This document shows positions 18,359 through 27,100 of a stretch of DNA of 64,000 bases, one piece after another (positions within the stretch are counted from its first letter, which is position 1; every line of letters starts with the position of its first letter). The translations under genes and the position numbers were made by a program. The notes beneath the pieces are model-generated. The model saw only the letters and a list, made by a program, of their open reading frames with translations, made no database searches and was not told the DNA's origin. Origin of the DNA: an uncultured Gammaproteobacteria bacterium (GTDB lineage Bacteria > Patescibacteriota > Microgenomatia > UBA8517); NCBI GenBank assembly GCA_964526015.1, contig CAZGHY010000001.1, forward strand, positions 13,833 through 77,832. The letters run 5' to 3'.

Positions 18359-20175
18359 AATTCATAATCTTCTAAAGGAGTTGGTTCAATTTGCGAGGAT
18401 GGCCAACCATCTAATTTCATTGGATCATAGTTATCTATTTTTTCTTGACGTTTTTTATCAGGATCTGGCTTATAGAAAAAGTCAGGATTATTCTCTTTAA
18501 AGATATCTAACATTCTAGAAATTGTTCTTAGTCCTTTTTTTGTAATATTTTTTTTCAAAAGATCAACTTGTTTTTCCGGAATGTTATCCAACTCACCTAT
18601 ATATTGAGGATCAAAATGTTCCATTGCTCTAAAGAATTTTTCATATAAATCTCTTTTTAATGTTTCAAATCCTTTTGGTCCCCTATATATTTGAATTAAT
18701 CTAGATCCTTGTGTATTTTTTTCATCTCTTAATGAGGAAAGCATTTGTTTTATACTTTTATAAGTACTTATAAAAAAATTATGAAATAAAGGCTTTTCTA
18801 AATTAATAGATCTAAGCTTTGTTAACTCGCCTTCATATTCTTCATTATTAATTTTCTCATATCTAACAATAATTTTTTTAATTTTTTCTTCTTGAGACAA
18901 AAGTGTTTCTAACATTTCTACTTTTTCTTTAAAAGAAAGCATATCATTAGATTGTATTTTTTCTATTTTTTTAGGGATTTCATATAAATCATCAAATGTT
19001 AATTTTATACGTCTATGACGTAGTTCTTGGTTAACAAAATCTCTTAAATGATCACTATCTGAAACTTTATTAATGTCATCATAAACTACTAAAATTTGGT
19101 TTTCCATTTTTTCTAAGATAGCATCTTTTTTTGCTTTTAACTTAGGTTGAGTGTCAATAAATTTAGATGTTAAATTTAATTCCCTGAAGACTGAGCCACT
19201 TTCAATAAACTTATTTACTACATTAAAAAAAGAACTGCTATAATTCCATTGACTTCTAATTAAGAAAAATGGTATAGCAATTATAAAAGTCATTTTATCA
19301 TTTTTAATAAGACCATTTACATCATGAGCGTCAATATCAACTTTGAAAACCACTTCAATTTTTAAATCATTATACGAAAACACAAATTTATATTCGTTTT
19401 CGTTATTTGTTCTTAGTTTAGACTTTAGGTCAAAAAAGTTTTGAACCTCCCCATCTTTAATAGCTTTTTTAAAAACAATATCATTATAAATAAACTCTAC
19501 CGTTTTTTTAAACCATTCAGTAAAAGCATATTCTATAGTATTAAAACTAAATTTATTTATATTTTCACTATATTTGTTTATTAAACCTAATAAACTAGCT
19601 TCTTTTATCTCACATTTGTTTTTGGTGGCAAAATCTACTTCTTTTTTGTTGTAAGATTTCACAGGAAACAGTGAGCTTGGATTAATTAAGCTGCCACCAC
19701 GCCAAACTTGTAAATGTAAGTGGGGACAAGTACCTTTTGCATTACCAGAATTAGATACATGCCCTATAACTGTATCATAATCAACAAGATCGCCTTTTTT
19801 AACTGACACCCCATCCATGTGAGCATAATACGCTTTTACTTTACCATCTTCATGGCTAGTATTTACAGTATTGCCACCCATTGCATTAGATCCAGCAGCT
19901 ATAACAACTCCTGGAGCTATTGGATATACAGGAGTTCCTTTTGGAGCCATTAAATCTATGCCATCATGACCAGATTTGTGTTTAGCATCTGTTGCTACGC
20001 CTGGAGAAAACGCACCAGTGTTTATATAATTGTCATGAATTGGACATTTATATCCTTGAAACTCTTTTTTAAGAATTTCTTCAGGTTTTTCTTTTTCATT
20101 TGGATTGCTTTCGTCTTCTTCAGAATTATTCTCCGAATTATGAAAAAAAGAAAGGTCATAATCTTCAGTTGGCAT
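18355..20175 (-). CDS. M23 (LytM-type) peptidoglycan metallopeptidase with an uncharacterised C-terminal extension of about 430 aa
   Basis: HxxxD motif (SGHDGIDL) and HxH motif (CPHLHLQV). An acidic N-terminal tail is present. The ATG is at 20173-20175, with an alternative GTG at 20176-20178. The stop overlaps the stop of the convergent gene at 18355-18358. Confidence 0.8.
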   Translation of the reverse strand: MPTEDYDLSFFHNSENNSEEDESNPNEKEKPEEILKKEFQGYKCPIHDNYINTGAFSPGVATDAKHKSGHDGIDLMAPKGTPVYPIAPGVVIAAGSNAMGGNTVNTSHEDGKVKAYYAHMDGVSVKKGDLVDYDTVIGHVSNSGNAKGTCPHLHLQVWRGGSLINPSSLFPVKSYNKKEVDFATKNKCEIKEASLLGLINKYSENINKFSFNTIEYAFTEWFKKTVEFIYNDIVFKKAIKDGEVQNFFDLKSKLRTNNENEYKFVFSYNDLKIEVVFKVDIDAHDVNGLIKNDKMTFIIAIPFFLIRSQWNYSSSFFNVVNKFIESGSVFRELNLTSKFIDTQPKLKAKKDAILEKMENQILVVYDDINKVSDSDHLRDFVNQELRHRRIKLTFDDLYEIPKKIEKIQSNDMLSFKEKVEMLETLLSQEEKIKKIIVRYEKINNEEYEGELTKLRSINLEKPLFHNFFISTYKSIKQMLSSLRDEKNTQGSRLIQIYRGPKGFETLKRDLYEKFFRAMEHFDPQYIGELDNIPEKQVDLLKKNITKKGLRTISRMLDIFKENNPDFFYKPDPDKKRQEKIDNYDPMKLDGWPSSQIEPTPLEDYEF

Positions 20176-20240
20176 CACAAATATAAAAAAATATGCAACA
20201 ATAAACTTATAACGCTATTAAATTCGCATTATTTTTGACA

Positions 20241-23200
20241 ATGGTAACCTTTGATAAAACTAAGCCAAATCAAAAATTAGCTACTAATCGTTATGATTTT
20301 GAAAATCATATAACTGGGGCTGATTTTAGACATGATGCAACTCAAACAGATTTAAACCCAAATCTTGTAATTGATTCTGCAACATCAACAACCGTTCAGC
20401 AAGCTTTGACTGCTTTGAAGACTTCTTTAACTTCATATAGAGTTACTGTTGTTGGTGACGGATATGATACTTGGGTTAATAGTTTAACTAGTCCATCATC
20501 TCCATATGACGGATATGTTCCTTATTTTTCAGATTATCTAAACGATATTTTAAATAACTCAACTAATCCATTATATTTCCAAATTAGACTTGGTGGAATT
20601 ATCATAATCAAAGCTGGAACCTATAAATTTAACTCTACAGTTAACGTTCCTGCTGGAATAATCATTCAAGGTGAAGGATATGGTACAAAAATTGTTAACC
20701 AAATGTCCACACCAACTCCTTTATTTAGAATAAAGGCAGATTCTACAAGAACAGCAGATAAATCTATTGAAAACGCTAATCCGTTTGTATTTTCAAAATG
20801 GACAGGCCTAGAAAACATAACTATTTGCGATAATTTCCCTGAACCTAAGTATTTAGGTGATACAGATTATAAATTGCCAATTAATATTACTGAAGTTAAT
20901 CCTTTAGTTATTCAAGAGCCAGGAAGCTATTTATTTTGCGAAAAAGTTACATTTATTGGTAGAGTTCAATATGCCTCGCCTTCAACATTAACTGCTGTAA
21001 CTTCTATGCCAATAGGTGTAGATGGAACGCTTCCAGTTTCAACAGGAACAATTTTATCTGTTGATAATTGTTTTATTGATGGATTCTCTCAAGCCATTAA
21101 GTTTGTAACTACAACATCTGGAACTGTAACTACAGCAAGTCAAGATTATCTATTTGTTACTAATAACAAAGTTAGAGTTTATGGTTATTTAAACAGCAGT
21201 GCAATAGTAAATGATTATCCAAACAATATCTTTTTTAGGTTTAATGCTTGCAATGCTGATATTTCACATAATTATATTTATGGCAATGATGTTGGATATG
21301 CCCAAGGATTAGTCTATATACCATTATTCCAAACTTCAGGTTTAACTGCATCAGGATTCCCCAGAGTTAAAATAACTAATAACTTTGGTGGCATCAATAA
21401 ATCTGGACCATTCGTATCTAATGAGTTAGTTCATTATTTAGGCACTATTGCTAATTTATATTTTGATATTTCTCAAAATTCGATTAATACAACTACAATT
21501 GAGTTTGCTGACTCAAACACTTTAAATCATAGTATTAATAAAATACGTTTAACCTCTGATACTTCTACAGATGGAGATTATGGTGTAAGAGTTGCAGAAA
21601 CTGCTTCTGATACAAATACACTTTTAAAATCTATAAATGGACGTCCTACAGTTTCTGTAGGAAATGGATCTAATTCATATGGCGATTTTAATGGTAATAC
21701 TGCTTTAGCTAGTGCGATTACAGCATTAACACCACTAGATGGAGGCGTAATTTATGTTAAACAAGGAACTTATACATTATCTTCAGCATTATCTGTTCCA
21801 ACAGATTGTAATTTTGAGTTTATTGGAGAAGGAATAGATAAAAGCATTATTCAAGTGTCAACAGCTATCAATATAATGAATATTGATGGTTACTCTGCTG
21901 TTTCATTAAAAAACTTACAAGTTAAAAACACCTCTGGTAGCTTATCTCAAATATATGTTGATAATTCACAATTAAATTGTGAAGATTTAACTTTTGATCT
22001 AGTTAATATTCAAACAAATAATGGATATACGACAGATTATGCAAGAAGTAAAAATACTTTATATATTAAGAATTCAAAAATTGTATCTGATGGATATAAT
22101 GCTTTAATTATTGGTGTTTCAGGTAATACTGACACTCAAACTGGTTACATCATAGATGATACTCAGTTTATTTGTTTAGGTGGAAAATCAGCAGTTAAAA
22201 TAACAGCTTTATCTGCGGGTTCTTATCAAACTAATTTACAACATATTTATTTTAATAGATGCGGTTTCTTATTAACTGCCGGAGCTGCATCTGGTAGTGC
22301 ATTCGTTAATAACTGTGGAGTATTAGAGTTAAGTAATGGATTAGTTATATCAACTAGCTCGTTTAATCCAAGTATTAAATTAAATGATATCCATTTTATA
22401 GACTGTGATACATTTACATCTGGGGTTACTTGTTCATTATTCCATGTTATACCAACAAATAATGGTGTAGATTATGGTGGAACATCAACAGATCCATATG
22501 TTAGACTTGATTTCTTTGAAATCAATGGTGGGCAATTTTTAGTAGATGCTGGACAATCTCACACATTAACACCATTTAATATAGTTCTTTCAAATTTTAC
22601 AAATAACTATCCTTCTAAAATTTCAATTAAAAATACTAAAATTGGTTTTAGTGGTCCAACAGCATCAACGCATGGTGACATTATACCAATTGACACTGAC
22701 TATTTTTACTCTTATTCTAGTCCAGATACACCTGGGTTTATGAATTTAATAGCAAATGAAGTTAATATTGAAAATATCAATATGCAGTATTTAACTCAAT
22801 TATCAACAACTGGAGATTTATTTGTTGATGCTAAATATATTGATATTAACAATGTTAAATTAAAAGATTATGTTACTGCTGGTCCAGACACAGCTCCATT
22901 AAAACGTGTTTATATTAATGGTGGTGGAACAATAAAAGATCTAACAATAGAGGGCACAACTTCAGCCGATGCAAGTGATTGGGGTGGTAATACTATTCTA
23001 GAAATAAATCAAAAAGTACAAGATCCATCAGGAATTGTTAGCACACATCCGCTAACTTTTGACGGGCTAATAGTTAGAAGATTTAAATATAATACAACAT
23101 CATCTACAGCAAGATGTGTTCAATTTAAAACAAATGTTGCTTTTACAGATAAAGTAACAATAAGCAATTCTATTTTAGAAGATTTTGCTACAGCTGGAAT

Positions 23201-23708
23201 AGCATATGTTGCTACATCTGCTAAAAACATAACTACTTTGAATATTTCAAATAACTATATTAATAGTAGCAGTGTTGCAAGTTATGGTGTATTCATAAGT
23301 ATGAATGGTAGTGATTCTGCAAGTAAACAATTTGGCAGTGTTCAAATACTTGGAAATAAAATTTATGCCGCAACTAACGGAGTTTATTTTAGAGGTGCTG
23401 ATTGGAATAATTCTGGCGGATTAGTTATTACAGGAAATCAAATAAGTGCAGGATTAAATCCAGCTATTTATATATGGAATAGTGAATCAACAGCAACTCA
23501 AGCCGGAATTAAAGCGACAATTATTAGTAATGATTGTTATAATACTGAAATTGAACTTGTTGGAGATGTAAATATTGGAGATGGTGATTATACCACAGTT
23601 CAATTGCCAGTTAGAGGGTGTGAAACTGGATATAATGCTGTTACCACTAGAAGATTCACTACTGGAAATGGAATGTTGCATAATTTTGCCACATTAACAT
23701 TATCATAA
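20241..23708 (+). CDS. Tailspike-like protein with two tandem right-handed beta-helix (pectate-lyase-like) modules
   Basis: About 1155 aa. Two cap motifs are present: IIKAGTYKFNSTVNVPAGIIIQGEGYGTKIVN (about 20592) and VIYVKQGTYTLSSALSVPTDCNFEFIGEGIDKSIIQV (about 21738). The ATG at 20241 is preferred over the track's TTG at 20235. Confidence 0.65.
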   Translation: MVTFDKTKPNQKLATNRYDFENHITGADFRHDATQTDLNPNLVIDSATSTTVQQALTALKTSLTSYRVTVVGDGYDTWVNSLTSPSSPYDGYVPYFSDYLNDILNNSTNPLYFQIRLGGIIIIKAGTYKFNSTVNVPAGIIIQGEGYGTKIVNQMSTPTPLFRIKADSTRTADKSIENANPFVFSKWTGLENITICDNFPEPKYLGDTDYKLPINITEVNPLVIQEPGSYLFCEKVTFIGRVQYASPSTLTAVTSMPIGVDGTLPVSTGTILSVDNCFIDGFSQAIKFVTTTSGTVTTASQDYLFVTNNKVRVYGYLNSSAIVNDYPNNIFFRFNACNADISHNYIYGNDVGYAQGLVYIPLFQTSGLTASGFPRVKITNNFGGINKSGPFVSNELVHYLGTIANLYFDISQNSINTTTIEFADSNTLNHSINKIRLTSDTSTDGDYGVRVAETASDTNTLLKSINGRPTVSVGNGSNSYGDFNGNTALASAITALTPLDGGVIYVKQGTYTLSSALSVPTDCNFEFIGEGIDKSIIQVSTAINIMNIDGYSAVSLKNLQVKNTSGSLSQIYVDNSQLNCEDLTFDLVNIQTNNGYTTDYARSKNTLYIKNSKIVSDGYNALIIGVSGNTDTQTGYIIDDTQFICLGGKSAVKITALSAGSYQTNLQHIYFNRCGFLLTAGAASGSAFVNNCGVLELSNGLVISTSSFNPSIKLNDIHFIDCDTFTSGVTCSLFHVIPTNNGVDYGGTSTDPYVRLDFFEINGGQFLVDAGQSHTLTPFNIVLSNFTNNYPSKISIKNTKIGFSGPTASTHGDIIPIDTDYFYSYSSPDTPGFMNLIANEVNIENINMQYLTQLSTTGDLFVDAKYIDINNVKLKDYVTAGPDTAPLKRVYINGGGTIKDLTIEGTTSADASDWGGNTILEINQKVQDPSGIVSTHPLTFDGLIVRRFKYNTTSSTARCVQFKTNVAFTDKVTISNSILEDFATAGIAYVATSAKNITTLNISNNYINSSSVASYGVFISMNGSDSASKQFGSVQILGNKIYAATNGVYFRGADWNNSGGLVITGNQISAGLNPAIYIWNSESTATQAGIKATIISNDCYNTEIELVGDVNIGDGDYTTVQLPVRGCETGYNAVTTRRFTTGNGMLHNFATLTLS

Positions 23709-23751
23709 TAAATTACAGGCATTTTTCCTTATTTTAAAAGGAGAATTAGAT

Positions 23752-24105
23752 ATGGAAAATGCATTAACTCAATTAATGAGTATGAGCTTTATTTTATTTG
23801 CTCTAGGCATTGCTGGATTAACTTTTTTAGTTAAAAGATTAATAGATTTGGCTAATTTGAAATATCCAACATTATTTGGAGAAAAAAAATCAGCTTTTCA
23901 AGATATTATCTTATCAATAGTCCCCGTTTTATTGGGTTTATTTATAGGATTATTAGTTAAAGGATATCCATATCCATCAGAATTTACATCTCCAACAAGT
24001 AGAGCGTTTTTTGGCATTTTAGCAGGCATGGCGTCTACTGGTGTTGTAAGAATTGCGAAAGCAATGCTTAACGCTAAATTAAGTGATAAAGATAAAATTG
24101 AATAA
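23752..24105 (+). CDS. Small 3-TM membrane protein, holin-like
   Basis: 117 aa with AAAGGAG upstream. Hydrophobic segments SFILFALGIAGLTFLV, IILSIVPVLLGLFIGLLV and FFGILAGMASTGVV. Charged C-terminus KLSDKDKIE. Confidence 0.35.
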   Translation: MENALTQLMSMSFILFALGIAGLTFLVKRLIDLANLKYPTLFGEKKSAFQDIILSIVPVLLGLFIGLLVKGYPYPSEFTSPTSRAFFGILAGMASTGVVRIAKAMLNAKLSDKDKIE

Positions 24106-24121
24106 AGTTATATAAAAAATA

Positions 24122-27100
24122 ATGAGTAATTTTCCTACAGAACTAGATACAGATGTAGAGCTTCCATTAGTAACAAACAACATAGTTGAAATTGGCGCTG
24201 AAGCTATAAATGCATTACGTGATGCTACGTTCAATATTGAAGAAAATATTGGAATAGATGCTCAAGGAAGTAAAAACTCCATTGCAGAAAGACTTGAAAC
24301 TTTCTTAGAGCCAGATGGCACTCCTAAAACGTCTGTATTAGTATCTTTAGGTTTAATTGCTTTACCTATTAGAGATAATCAAATTGCAGCCGATGCAGCA
24401 ATTCAAGAATCCAAAATAACATTAACTTATTCTACACAAGCTCTTTATGACCTAATAACTGCATTGGATTCAGCTATTACTGTTGTTAATGGTTTTATTT
24501 CTACTGTTGGTATTAAAGTTAATCCACACATTGCTGGAACAGATTATCGTCATAAATTATCTCATATTGACATTGATACTGGAACCGCTTATCTAAACAA
24601 AAATGGATTAAGCAGAACAACTACAAATTTAAATACTTTATTAAGTGATATTAATACTGATTTAGTTACACATGAAAAAAATGATGGTACAACTACTGGA
24701 ACAGTTCCATCAGCTAACTTTGCTCACGTTGCCTCAGGCATAGAAGTTAATACAAGTAATTTTACAACTATTCCACAAATTTATGATAATGCTCAAGATA
24801 TTTTAGAGTATTTAGATAATTCTAATTTGTTTACTGTTGGAAATAGATTTCAAAACTTATTTTCTAATGGTATACCAAGAACATCTAGATTATCTACACT
24901 TACTTCTGATGGCTATGGTCAAAACTTAGTTCCAGTTACACCTGTAACAAGCTATTTGTTAGCTGGTGGTGTAACATCTCCTAAAGATGACATTTTTAAT
25001 GGCGATGATGTTATTGAATTTTTCCCTGCTGATAATTCAACTAACATATTTGATTCTCAATTTTGTACAGTTAAACCTGGCGACATTTTAACTATCAATT
25101 ATGGAACTGTAACTGTACAATTTATAATTGACAATATTAAACAAATAACATCACCAACTATATCTAAAAGATATCTTGTTAGAATAAATGGTAAAAATTT
25201 ACTGGCTACTACTGCTGGTATCGCTAGAATTGATAGGGCTTTATATAATGAAAACAAATATGGTGTATTAAATACATCTGTTGTTAATAATTCTTTTAAT
25301 TCATATCCAAGTGTAATAGCTGCCAATCCAAGAGGTGCTGTTGCTTTGGGCATTGGCTTTGATCCAACAAAAATAGATTCAACACATTATAATTTATATT
25401 TACAACTTTTCCCGGATGGAAATCCAAGCAACAAGACTATTAATTTGCCAGCAATTGATATTTCTGGTAATGCTGGAGCTACACCAGGCAAATATTCTTT
25501 AGAATCAATTGTTGAAGAGACAAATAAAAAAATTCACACAGCTGGATTTAATTTAAGATTCGTTGCTTTCTCTTATAATGGTGAATTTGGAATGATGTTA
25601 GCTGACCATTATCAAAATGCGTCATTTGCTATAATGTCAGGTATTATAAATAGTTCTGGCACCTACGATTCTGGATTAACTGCTTCAACATATCCAAACA
25701 ATGTCGTTGATCCAATTACATCTCAAGATGCTCTTGGTTTTGGTGATAATGGCGCTAACTTAGCTTCTCCGCCATATGCTATATCTTTTTCTACAACCGA
25801 AAAAGCTTTAGTTCCAACAAAAATATTTGTGCCATTAAGCAGAAATTACTTTTATGTTAATGGTGTAGAAAGAGATAAATTAAATTTCCATACTTCTCAA
25901 GTATTAGATACTTATGGTGATGGTTATTGGGCTGCTAGCATAATTTCAAGAACTTTAACATCTTCAACTGTAGAAGCAACTTATCAAGTAAGCGCATTAC
26001 TTGATAATACCAAATTAGCTTCAGGAAAAACTTTAGTTGTATTACCAAATGTTGCCGTAACAGATTCTTCTTATAATCCAATTGATTATGGTCGATTCAT
26101 AATTAAAAGCGTAGTATTTGATCCTTGCTGCTCTCCAGGAACACCAACCACAACAATAACTGTATATGACGCTATTCATGGTGCTGGAGCTAGTCCATAT
26201 GCCTCATCAGCGAGTGGAACAGTTAGACTTTATTTCAATGATGACTCAATTGGTGTTGATAATCAAAATATTACAGACGGATATGTAGCTACTAATTTTA
26301 AACGTTATCATGAGTTTTATGTTGACCAAGATGGATCAACCTTTAGTCATGAAAAACTACGTTTCTATACAATATCTGGTGGTACATCAACTCCAGTACA
26401 ATTGTATTGCGATAATGGCGAAATATCAAAAATAAATATTGTTTCTGGATCTTCAAAACTAAAAGGATATAAATTTGCTAATAATTTTAGCAAGTTAACA
26501 CTTCATATATCTAATTACTCAGATACCACTGGATTATATGATGGATATCTTTGTAGATATGATGGCTCTGTATACTCTAATTCTGGCCCAATAACTTCTG
26601 GAAGAAAAGGCGATGTTGTTCGCTTCTATGACGAAACAACTGTTGATTTTATTGACTTTAAGTTTAATATTGATGACTCAATAGCATCATTCACAAATAA
26701 AAACTTAGATATACAAGTATTTAAGCCAATTGATACTGAGGGCCAGCAAATGCGCATTGGCTCAGGTCAATTAAATGATTTCACAAAAGAATTTAAGTTT
26801 TCTCAAGATAAAAGAACTTTTGGAAACACTTCAGAGAAGAATTTAACAACTTCAGCGTTAGATTTTATTAATGCTGGTGAAAAATACTTACATCAAAACT
26901 CTGTAATGAGAGGATTTGATTATGTATCAACTTCTTCAAATAAAATTTCATTAACTGGTGGTCTAGCTGTTGTTGATGGTAAATTTATATCATCAAATAA
27001 TAACTATGTTGATATTCCAATTGTAAGAGAACTATATTCAAGCGTTGAATATGTAAATATAATCTGGGCTATCTGTATAAATAACAAAAGTGAATTACAA

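Noticed and set aside
19966-20238. Plus-strand 90-aa ORF overlapping the 5' end of the M23 peptidase gene.
   Set aside because: It is antisense to a well-supported gene, with a Phe/Ile/Lys-rich low-complexity product typical of AT-rich antisense frames.
20235-20240. TTG start for the first tailspike gene, which also reads as a TTGACA box.
   Set aside because: An ATG follows two codons later at 20241. There is no evidence favouring the TTG, and no matching -10 box lies downstream because the coding sequence starts immediately.
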